From Candidatus Heimdallarchaeota archaeon (GTDB taxonomy: Archaea > Asgardarchaeota > Heimdallarchaeia > Heimdallarchaeales > Kariarchaeaceae), in assembly GCA_030149205.1 (NCBI GenBank), contig JASBSB010000001.1:600001-632000 (forward strand): a stretch of 32,000 nt of DNA, in the 5' to 3' direction. Below, one piece after another: positions 16,690 to 25,317 of this stretch (its first letter is position 1; every line of letters starts with the position of its first letter). The notes under the pieces were generated by a model. That model did no database searches and was not told the DNA's origin. It worked only from the letters and a program-made list of their open reading frames with translations. The translations under genes and the position numbers were made by a program.

Positions 16690-19600
16690 TCCGCTCTTAA
16701 GATTGACGAGGTTTGTTGCCCTGCAAGATAAATTGCAGGTATTACAGAAGCAATTAAGACAACCACCAAATAGACACCTGAAAGTATCATTAGGTTAATT
16801 TGGTTTATAACCAAATTAAGTGGCGGAATGCTTCTTGAAGCTGGCCCTCCGATTGAGAAGAGCACATTGAACATAAAATCAGCCACAAACACGCTTAGAG
16901 CGAAACCAACAATCGCAGAAACCAATCCAATCAACATAGATTCGATGATTAGTACCTTTGTAATTTGTGATTTTACCATCCCAATAGCCCTTAGTATTCC
17001 TATCTCCTGTCTCCTGTTAACCATTGTTATAGTAAGATAATAAACAACCGTATAAATCAGCCCTATTATGGTCAATTGACTTGCAATCTCAAAAATCACA
17101 TCTATAAGTTGGCGTTCAAAACTAAACAACGATGGTCTAAACCTTATATCTCCTAATTGAATTATTTGGGTCGATACTAGGTCTTGAACATCTGCTAAGG
17201 TGAGGTTCAATGTTGAGGCTAGTTGGTTTTCAAATGTGGATAAGTTGAATCCAGGATTAAACTTTGCGTAGATATATTTTGTTGGCAAACCTGTGCTCTG
17301 ATTGATCTTGTTCACAAGGAGATGCATTGTATGTAAACTCATTGCTATTGGAATAGATCTTGAAAAACTATATTTGTACAAATTTGGGAAATAATTAAAT
17401 TCATCAACTATTTTTAATGGATCGGAGCGAGATAAACCCTGAAAGTCACCTACACTAATAGAAATATTGCCATTAAGGTTAAATCCAGACGATTGTAATC
17501 TTTCTCTCTGCCCAATAATTGTATTGTTGGGTTTAAGTTTATTTATCAAACCTGTAAGGGAGGTTGCTGCGTATCGACTCTCCCAGAATGCAGCTTTTGC
17601 AAAATTACTAGTATTTAATCCTAGTACATCGAAAAAGTATCCACCAAATTGACCACTATAAACTTGTAAACTGTAGACAGAGGTATAACTTTGGACAGTA
17701 GACATATTACTGAGAGCGTTTGAAAGCTGAGTTTCGTTTACCCCTAGAGCAGAAACGGTGAATCTTACATCTGCACCTGTGTTATAATAAGCTTGGATTG
17801 TGTTAGCCTGTTGAAGAGAGCTAGGAATGATTTGAAAAGTAAAGGCAAGAATTAACCCAAATAATATCAGTACAAAAACTCTTCTGCTTAGGTTTTTGTT
17901 TATTGAGATGTTTCGAGAGCCAAGTGCTAACAGTCCTTGGTTGGTGTTCCAGAAAAAGCGAGAAATTCGTTCGACAATCGGTATAAACAAACGACCCAGG
18001 GTGAGACTCGCTCCAATAAAAATTCCAATTGTTCCTATAATACCTAAAAGTACGAATACCAATACTAAAAATCCACCTTGGAATTGAACTATTGAATTTT
18101 TGTAAATAAAATAAGTAACTATCCCAATTGCAAAAGTAATTACATCAAGGTACGCTCTGCTCCAAAGAGGTGCTTTTTTCTCGACTGGGTTGAATCCACT
18201 AATTACCTCTGTATGGCTTAGCTCAAGTAGTGTCGAAAAGTTCGAATCGAGGCTTAGAATAATTCCAACTAGAATAAATTGGGGTATTTTTGATAAGGGG
18301 AAATTATAGGTTTGAAAGGAAACTTGAAACAAACTTTGAAACATATATTGTAACCAGAAATATGAAATTATTAATGCAAAAATTACAGAAACAAGCCCAG
18401 ATAGTAGGATTTCGAAGAGGATATAGGTCTGTATTTGACCTGATCCCGCACCCCGGACTTTCAGAATGGAAACAATAGATTTAATCCTACCCTCAATTAA
18501 TGAGCTCACAAAAAACAAAAGTGCAATAGAAAAAACAATAACTGGGACAATTATAAACAATGCTACAAATTTAAACGCTTCAAATCTTGTGTTAATATTA
18601 TCAAGTGTCTGTGCAAATTTGTTAGACACCCGTGCGTCAAAACCAAATTTAGCAAAAACATAATCTGAAAGTTGACGATAAACCTCACTAGCCTGAGTAG
18701 TGCTTGTGGATATTGAATCACGAAATAGGTCTTTAACTGGAGTATTTATTAAAACAATATTTTCTACAGGGTTCCGGATTGTGTTTGAGGTTGAGTTAAG
18801 CATAGAGCTGAAGAGATCAGGTGATAAGAACAGATAATTATTGTAGGGTACGGATGACTCAAACCCTCCAGGTGAAATATTGGAAAGAATATCCCTAAAG
18901 GTATTAAAATTCAGGGGTATAGTATCATTTATACGAATGATTATTGAAGATGAATTGTTTGAGGGGAATGACTTAGAAGGATTAACTTCAACGCTTACTG
19001 GTGTAGAATTACCCCACCTTTCTATTGATGCTAGAATAACATTATTTTTGAATGACACAGGTATTGACTGATTAGAAAGCTTGATTTTTGGGTACGTGAA
19101 ATTATCTAATTGGACAATTTGAAAACTTCTAAGTTTTTTGATTCCGTTTTTCAAAGTAAAGTTATCAAAAAAACTATAGCGTAGTTTGCTATAATATTCT
19201 ATACTCGATTTTTCAAATACTGTCCCTTTCATCATATTTTGGAAATCTCCACTTAGGTTTGCCTTTAAATCCCCAATGTTTGGGGTATTTACTGTAACCC
19301 TGAAAGTGTTTAGATCAGAGGTTGAACCAATAGATTTACTAAAAAATACGTTCTGTGCTGAATCTGAAACAAAATACGATTGAGTTATTATTAAAACGGA
19401 GATTACGAGTCCTACCAGTCCAATTAGAACAAAAAATCTCGTAATCTTGAAGTACTTCACAGTTTTCCACAGGTCGCTAGTTGTTGACTTAACTGGATTG
19501 GATTTTGGAATTTTGAATTTTGTTAAAAGTAATATAGCACCAATTACCAACCCAATAATTGATAAGGTTAAGTAAAACTCATTTGTGTAAATCACATATA

Positions 19601-19691
19601 AAATGTAGAAGTTTACAAGGAATAGTGCTAATTTAGCCCCAAAACCCACACCAGATGGGGCATTTTGAAGTCTATCTCCACTGAATGACAC
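16686..19691 (-). CDS. FtsX/MacB-like ABC permease (two FtsX domains, two large extracellular domains)
   Basis: ILKVRGAGSGQI and RRQEIGILRAIGM..SQI FtsX motifs; 1001 aa; GTG start; 4-nt overlap with the next ATPase. Confidence 0.88.
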   Translation of the reverse strand: MSFSGDRLQNAPSGVGFGAKLALFLVNFYILYVIYTNEFYLTLSIIGLVIGAILLLTKFKIPKSNPVKSTTSDLWKTVKYFKITRFFVLIGLVGLVISVLIITQSYFVSDSAQNVFFSKSIGSTSDLNTFRVTVNTPNIGDLKANLSGDFQNMMKGTVFEKSSIEYYSKLRYSFFDNFTLKNGIKKLRSFQIVQLDNFTYPKIKLSNQSIPVSFKNNVILASIERWGNSTPVSVEVNPSKSFPSNNSSSIIIRINDTIPLNFNTFRDILSNISPGGFESSVPYNNYLFLSPDLFSSMLNSTSNTIRNPVENIVLINTPVKDLFRDSISTSTTQASEVYRQLSDYVFAKFGFDARVSNKFAQTLDNINTRFEAFKFVALFIIVPVIVFSIALLFFVSSLIEGRIKSIVSILKVRGAGSGQIQTYILFEILLSGLVSVIFALIISYFWLQYMFQSLFQVSFQTYNFPLSKIPQFILVGIILSLDSNFSTLLELSHTEVISGFNPVEKKAPLWSRAYLDVITFAIGIVTYFIYKNSIVQFQGGFLVLVFVLLGIIGTIGIFIGASLTLGRLFIPIVERISRFFWNTNQGLLALGSRNISINKNLSRRVFVLILFGLILAFTFQIIPSSLQQANTIQAYYNTGADVRFTVSALGVNETQLSNALSNMSTVQSYTSVYSLQVYSGQFGGYFFDVLGLNTSNFAKAAFWESRYAATSLTGLINKLKPNNTIIGQRERLQSSGFNLNGNISISVGDFQGLSRSDPLKIVDEFNYFPNLYKYSFSRSIPIAMSLHTMHLLVNKINQSTGLPTKYIYAKFNPGFNLSTFENQLASTLNLTLADVQDLVSTQIIQLGDIRFRPSLFSFERQLIDVIFEIASQLTIIGLIYTVVYYLTITMVNRRQEIGILRAIGMVKSQITKVLIIESMLIGLVSAIVGFALSVFVADFMFNVLFSIGGPASRSIPPLNLVINQINLMILSGVYLVVVLIASVIPAIYLAGQQTSSILRAE

Positions 19692-19791
19692 ATCATAGAA
19701 AAACTTTTTACCTTTTTATACCTTCCCAATTGAACAGTATTGAATGTATTGAAAATTAGACATTAAAGCCTATATACGATATCGCGTCCCA

Positions 19792-20466
19792 TTAAAGATC
19801 TTTTAATGCATCTTCAACTAGTTTAGTAAATTCCTCGTCGTATTTTTTCTCTATGGGTTTGGTGTGTGGTGATGGAGGTTTAACAGTTTTTATTTCTCTC
19901 CCACTACTATCTTTGATGGAAATATTTAACCCTTCTAAATCAGTTGCTCCAAGCTCACTTAATGTTGTTTCTACCATTTTTGTGAAGTCATCCTCTGGAT
20001 CATAATCCTGATCCCAGTCTTGAGGTAGTAAATCATGAGGCATTATATTTTTTAGGTTTCCTTTTGCAAAAGTATGTAAGGATTCGCTTTGCGTTTCTTT
20101 TTGTCCGATTTTTTGTTTTTGCATGAAATCGTACAGAGACTCACCTTCCTCACCCTTTGAGTCTAGTGATTCTTGGCTATTCTCAATTTTGGTCTCCTGT
20201 TGTATCTGAGAATCAATTTTCACGGGTTTAGGACGTAACAGTTTCAGTTCTTTGTTCATCTCTTTAAGCGTTTCAATAACCTGAAGTGTAAGACTTTCTT
20301 GTACCCTTAACCGTTCAGACAGTTGAACCTGATTGAGAAGGTTGTTATGTAGATCAACTATGTAGGCTTTTATGGTTTTACCATTATCAGATGCCGTTCG
20401 TTTGATCTCCTTGTGTAATTCATCAGTCACATAGAAACTTATCTGTTTGTTGTGCTTTCTGCCCAT
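19792..20466 (-). CDS. Hypothetical protein: N-terminal ribbon-helix-helix-like domain, coiled coil, acidic tail with duplicated motif
   Basis: KQISFYVTDELHKEIKRTASDNGKTIKAYI fits the RHH beta-alpha-alpha pattern; likely start MGRKH at 20466 (ORF track 20481). Confidence 0.55.
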   Translation of the reverse strand: MGRKHNKQISFYVTDELHKEIKRTASDNGKTIKAYIVDLHNNLLNQVQLSERLRVQESLTLQVIETLKEMNKELKLLRPKPVKIDSQIQQETKIENSQESLDSKGEEGESLYDFMQKQKIGQKETQSESLHTFAKGNLKNIMPHDLLPQDWDQDYDPEDDFTKMVETTLSELGATDLEGLNISIKDSSGREIKTVKPPSPHTKPIEKKYDEEFTKLVEDALKDL

Positions 20467-20545
20467 CCAATCACTTTTCAATCTTATAAGAGATTTGCTG
20501 ACATAAAAATGTGTGTATTCATTAACTAACCGAATGAATACTCAT

Positions 20546-21964
20546 TCAATACCTCCAAAAGATTCTTAAAAATTTTGTTTTAAATGAAGTGAAAGGTGGG
20601 AACCTAGCTGAAAAATCAAATGTCCCGTACCTTTTGAGAATTGATCTTTGATAGGAAAAGGTTTGGAAACCTTCGTAACCACCATAGTAGCCAAACCCAG
20701 ATTGACCACAACCACCAATTGGAAAACCAGGGATTGCAAACTGTAGAATTGCATCATTTACAACACCGTTTCCGAACTTTACCTGAGTAAAAATATTATT
20801 TTCAAATTCTTTGTTTTTGGTAAAGGAGTATAATGCCAAAGGTTCCTTAAAGGATTGAAGTATACGTATTGCTTCTTCTTCTGTGGCAAAGGGTACTAGT
20901 GGAAGAATTGGTCCAAAAATTTCCTCTGTCATAACTCTTTGAGAGGGTAACACATTTTTGATAAGATAAGGTTCAAAAAGTAGATTTTTTTCATCTATAT
21001 CCCCTTTATAAGCAACTTGATCCTCTGTTATATCAGTCAGAAGAGATTTGATTCTCTCAAAATGACGAGCGTTTACAATATGAGCATAATTCTCTTTTGT
21101 AAACTTATCTTCGTAAATTTCATGAATGGATTCTCTGAGCTTTTCTAGCAGGTTTTCTTGAACTGTATCTTTAACTAGTATGTAATCAGGTGCTACACAG
21201 CTCTGACCAGAATTATAATATTTTGCATGGATAATTCTTTTTGCTGTAGACTTAAGTGGACTGGTCTCATCAACTATCACTGGACTTTTTCCACCCAACT
21301 CCAATGCAACTGGTGTTAAATTCTTACTGGCTGCCTCATAAACAAGCTTCCCCGTCTTGTTTCCACCAATGAACATGATAAAATCGATCTGTGAATCAAT
21401 GAGCATTTTTGCAGTCTCTGCCTCACCAAGGACAACAGAAACATGCCTCTGATCAAAATATCTTCCTAGTAAGGTTTGGAGCATTTCAGAGGCTCTTGGA
21501 GTGAATTCAGATGGTTTGATAATTACTGTGTTACCAGCCGCTAATGCAGATGCAAGTGGTATTAAGGTCAAAAGAAAAGGATAGTTCCAGGGGGTGATTA
21601 GTAAACATATGCCCCTAGGGCTATTCGTTACTGTAGATTTGGATGGGAATGCAATTAGAGATGAAATTCCACCACGTACCTTTTTTGGTCTAGACCACCT
21701 TTTTAAGTTTTTGAGAGCAAATTTAATTTCTTGGGCAACAACCCCAATTTCTCCAGAGAATGCCTCACCTCTTGGCTTATGCATATTTTCTTCTTCCAAT
21801 AAATTTAACAGGAGATTTTCGTTTTCCCTAATTAATTTTAAAAGATTTTTTAATGCTAATTTGCGAATTTCATACTTATAAGTCTCTCCAGTTAAGAAAT
21901 AGTCTCTTTGGGTCTGAACCAATGATTCAATCTCTTTGTTTTTAATCTTAATCTCACTAACCAC
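20546..21964 (-). CDS. Aldehyde dehydrogenase (ALDH3-like)
   Basis: TPWNYP, KPSE, LELGGKSP, NSGQSCVAPDY, EEIFGP, PIGGCGQSGFG. Confidence 0.93.
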   Translation of the reverse strand: MVSEIKIKNKEIESLVQTQRDYFLTGETYKYEIRKLALKNLLKLIRENENLLLNLLEEENMHKPRGEAFSGEIGVVAQEIKFALKNLKRWSRPKKVRGGISSLIAFPSKSTVTNSPRGICLLITPWNYPFLLTLIPLASALAAGNTVIIKPSEFTPRASEMLQTLLGRYFDQRHVSVVLGEAETAKMLIDSQIDFIMFIGGNKTGKLVYEAASKNLTPVALELGGKSPVIVDETSPLKSTAKRIIHAKYYNSGQSCVAPDYILVKDTVQENLLEKLRESIHEIYEDKFTKENYAHIVNARHFERIKSLLTDITEDQVAYKGDIDEKNLLFEPYLIKNVLPSQRVMTEEIFGPILPLVPFATEEEAIRILQSFKEPLALYSFTKNKEFENNIFTQVKFGNGVVNDAILQFAIPGFPIGGCGQSGFGYYGGYEGFQTFSYQRSILKRYGTFDFSARFPPFTSFKTKFLRIFWRY

Positions 21965-22066
21965 AAGCTAGTGCAGTAATTTACCTCTATTAATCTTAAG
22001 ATTCACCCATATAAATCCGTCAAAATTCGAAGCTTTATAAAATGCATTTCCTCTAAAAAATAGGAT

Positions 22067-22876
22067 ATGTCATTTCGTGCAAAAGATTCTGAACACGTTG
22101 AGGATGAAAGTGGGTTACAATACCATCTAAAGGTTAAACCAAATGATCTTGCTAGGACTGTACTATTTCCTGGTGACCCGAAAAGGATCGATAGAATAGT
22201 AAAAATGTGGGATAATTTTAAAGAGATAGCCGACTATAGACAATATAAATCCGTGACAGGAGAATACAAGGGAGTACCAATTTCAGCTACAAGCTCTGGG
22301 ATAGGTCCAGCTGCTTGTGAAATTGCTCTTACAGAGCTAAAAAATGTTGGTGTAGAAAATGTAATTCGGGTGGGCTCATGTGGGACCCTTGTCGAAGATA
22401 TAGAGATTGGTTCAGTGATCATATCTGAAGGTGCAGTCAGACTTGAAGACACCAGTGACCATTATGTTGACAAAGCATTCCCCGCGCTGGCATCGCGTAA
22501 AATTACCTCTGCTCTTATTAAGGCTGCAGTAGAACACGATGTTCCATATCATGTTGGGATAACTGCTACAGCTTCTTCGTTTTATGCTGGACAAGGGCGT
22601 CATACATGGAACAATTACCTACCAAGTCACCGAAAACACCTGATAGAAGATTTAACAATGGCTGGTGTATTGAACCTGGAAATGGAAGCAAGCTTGATTT
22701 TTGTGCTTGGGAAAATATTTAAAATGGAGGTTGGTGCTGTTAGCGCAGTCTACGCAAACCGTCCAAAAAACCAGTTTGCTGTAAAGGGAGAAGAAAATGC
22801 GATTTTAGTTGCAAATGAGGCTACAAATATATTGATAAGTGAATATGAACCTCAGAACAAGAAGTACTGGTATTGA
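22067..22876 (+). CDS. udp: Uridine phosphorylase (PNP_UDP family)
   Basis: YHL, PGDPKR, YRQY, SGIGP, RVGSCG, FYAGQGR, LEMEAS. Confidence 0.87.
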   Translation: MSFRAKDSEHVEDESGLQYHLKVKPNDLARTVLFPGDPKRIDRIVKMWDNFKEIADYRQYKSVTGEYKGVPISATSSGIGPAACEIALTELKNVGVENVIRVGSCGTLVEDIEIGSVIISEGAVRLEDTSDHYVDKAFPALASRKITSALIKAAVEHDVPYHVGITATASSFYAGQGRHTWNNYLPSHRKHLIEDLTMAGVLNLEMEASLIFVLGKIFKMEVGAVSAVYANRPKNQFAVKGEENAILVANEATNILISEYEPQNKKYWY

Positions 22877-22975
22877 TCGGAATTTTTTACCAAATTAAAC
22901 TTACTAATGTAATTGAAATTATTTTTTGTTTAAAGAATTAGAAGTAATTTATCTATTGATTAAATATTTTAGAAA

Positions 22976-24475
22976 TTAAGTTTTGGTCAGCCCAAGCAAC
23001 CCAGCAACAGCAGGATTGATTTCTGAAATTCTCTCTTTCGCAAGGATCTCATAATATTGTCTTATGATACCTGTTGTAAGAAGTATCCCAGTCCCTGAAC
23101 CTATTGCCCCCAAGAAATCTGCAAATGCTGCCAATATTCCAACAGTGACTCCACCTAGGAATGCTGCATAGGGAATATAGTTATCCAAATATTTTTCTAT
23201 ACTATGTATATTTCTTCTGAACCCTGGAATCTGCATATCTGCACCAATGAGTTGTTGTGCAACATCTCTAGAAGACATCCCGGCTGTTTCTACCCATATC
23301 ATTGCAAAAATTGTTGAGAACACTATCATGAGGATAGCATAGACAATGGCTTTGTCTGGATGATAATACACATCCAATAGGCCTCTCGGTGCAGTGGTAA
23401 ATGCTGCCAACCCCCCTAGAGGTATCTGCTGTGTACTACTCGGATTATTGGGGTCCGTCCCCCACACCCCTGTAAGTCTCGCTAATGTACCCATTAATCC
23501 CTGATCTTGCCCCCATGTGTTGTTCATTAGTCTACTGACAAGATAAACATTTGCGAATAATGCTGCCACCAAAATCACAGGTATGTTACTTACATACATA
23601 AATTTGATTGGATATCTGGCAGGCATTTTATATTCACTGTGCTGAACTGGTATTTCAATCTTCATAGTTTCAAAGTAAATAACCATACCAAAGACCAAGA
23701 CTGTCGCAAACAGGTTAAACATATCAGGAGAACTGGTGATTTGAGGATGCCAAAGTCCTAAAAACACATTGTTTCTTGCAATAGATTGGAAGAAAAATAT
23801 TAATGCTCCTTCCTTGTATGTACAGCTAGCTACTCCAGGGCATCCACCAACAACATTTACATCAGTAAGATTGAGTGATCCACGAACCACCTGAAAGCTG
23901 ACTGATGCAGCAATGAATAATGAAATACCTGAACCTAACCCATACCCTTTTTGTACGAGCTCATCTAACATCATAATTGCAAAACCTGCTAGCGTTAACT
24001 GAGCAACTACTAAAGCCTGTAAATCTGGTCTTGAGAGAATGTTTGCCCCATAGGCTCCACCTGTGATGTAAGCAATTGCCTCGAAAACAGTCATGAAAAT
24101 TGCCATCCATTTTTGTGAAACTGTGTAAAGCGCTCTTTCCTCAGAGTCTTCAAAATCAACAGAAATGATCTTAGAACCCACTAATAACTGAAGTATCATA
24201 CCGGCTGTGACGATTGGACCGATACCTAATTCTGCAAGTGTGCCTCTTTGACTGGCTAATATAGTCCTCAAGGCAAAGAATGGATCTGGGGTATTTTTGA
24301 AATTTCCAGGTCCAAATACGGGTACAGAGAGCATAATCAGATAGAGTACTAATGCTAATAGTGTATAAACTACCTTCTGGTTGAAGGTAATTTTCTTCTG
24401 TGGTTTCTTCACTTCAATTGTGATAGGAAGAAACATTTTGAATAGTTGTAAGAATCTACTTGCTATAATCGTCAC
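22976..24475 (-). CDS. secY: Preprotein translocase SecY/Sec61alpha, located outside a ribosomal protein operon
   Basis: SQRGTLAELGIGPIVT, LDELVQKGYGLGSGISLFIA, YPIKFMYVSNIP, MQIPGFRR, GAIGSGTGILL; GTG start after AGGA. Confidence 0.95.
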   Translation of the reverse strand: MTIIASRFLQLFKMFLPITIEVKKPQKKITFNQKVVYTLLALVLYLIMLSVPVFGPGNFKNTPDPFFALRTILASQRGTLAELGIGPIVTAGMILQLLVGSKIISVDFEDSEERALYTVSQKWMAIFMTVFEAIAYITGGAYGANILSRPDLQALVVAQLTLAGFAIMMLDELVQKGYGLGSGISLFIAASVSFQVVRGSLNLTDVNVVGGCPGVASCTYKEGALIFFFQSIARNNVFLGLWHPQITSSPDMFNLFATVLVFGMVIYFETMKIEIPVQHSEYKMPARYPIKFMYVSNIPVILVAALFANVYLVSRLMNNTWGQDQGLMGTLARLTGVWGTDPNNPSSTQQIPLGGLAAFTTAPRGLLDVYYHPDKAIVYAILMIVFSTIFAMIWVETAGMSSRDVAQQLIGADMQIPGFRRNIHSIEKYLDNYIPYAAFLGGVTVGILAAFADFLGAIGSGTGILLTTGIIRQYYEILAKERISEINPAVAGLLGLTKT

Positions 24476-24602
24476 ATCCTAAATTTTCTCGCGTGTTATT
24501 GCTTCGCGATTTTTTAGTTAACCTACTTGAATTACCCTATATTAAATTATTATCGTTAGGTGTTTTTTCTGAGTTGCAGAAACATATAAAATTAACTCAC
24601 TA

Positions 24603-24968
24603 CTATGATTTGACGTTTATAATACAAAAAATCGGTGATGCAAGATTTTCAAGACAGGAGATGTCTCCATCTAATATTCCTAGCAAAGACTCAGGGTTTT
24701 CAACTGTCGATTCTCTTAGATGAATCGAAAGCTGATCAGAAGATTGAGTCAAGCTGACTTCTCCTCTCTTAAATTCGGTTCTTAAGCGTTCACTTTTGCT
24801 TGAGAAATCCATGGGGAATTGTATCATTGATTTGTTAATCAATCCCTTAAGGTTAATTGGAAGGGCTTCAACTACCAGTTTATGTGTAAAGGGAAGAAAA
24901 GAGCGTTTAAGCTCTAGCTCTAATTTACAACCCTCAGAAAACTCAAAAACTAGGATAGTTTTGTTCAC
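24603..24968 (-). CDS. Cyclophilin-like fold protein (DUF369/TM1367-like)
   Basis: LKRSFLPFT...ALPI, FKRGEV, LSIHL, P..LLGI resemble the cyclophilin-like family; divergent. Confidence 0.5.
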   Translation of the reverse strand: MNKTILVFEFSEGCKLELELKRSFLPFTHKLVVEALPINLKGLINKSMIQFPMDFSSKSERLRTEFKRGEVSLTQSSDQLSIHLRESTVENPESLLGILDGDISCLENLASPIFCIINVKS

Positions 24969-25077
24969 AACATTCCTTTGTAACTTAGTTTATTACATCT
25001 TCCAATTAAAATTACTCATATGATGAATTAAACAGAATTAAATCTCAATTTCAGATACTGATCTTTAGAAATTTAAG

Positions 25078-25317
25078 TTATTCATACGTTGAGAGTATAT
25101 TTTTTATGTCACTGACAATTGAATCATCATAAATCTTGATTTTGATAAAAGCAAACTCACGGTCATCAGGAAAATATGAGATTTCACATCTTTCTGTAAA
25201 GATGATCTGAGTTTCATCACGTTCCTCAATCGTAGCTCCAAGATACTCAGCAGCTTCTTTCATGAACGATTCACCTTTCTCCCAGGTCTCAAGTTTAACT
25301 TTTAATTGCTCGGTCAT
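25078..25317 (-). CDS. Hypothetical protein (79 aa)
   Basis: Start re-assigned to ATG 25317 (MTEQLKV), ATGA-overlapping the PLD stop codon. Confidence 0.65.
   Translation of the reverse strand: MTEQLKVKLETWEKGESFMKEAAEYLGATIEERDETQIIFTERCEISYFPDDREFAFIKIKIYDDSIVSDIKNILSTYE

Noticed and set aside
25020-25061. Second possible box C/D RNA (ATGATGA...CTGA)
   Set aside because: Only 42 nt, no credible D'/C' pair, no terminal stem, no recognisable rRNA complement.
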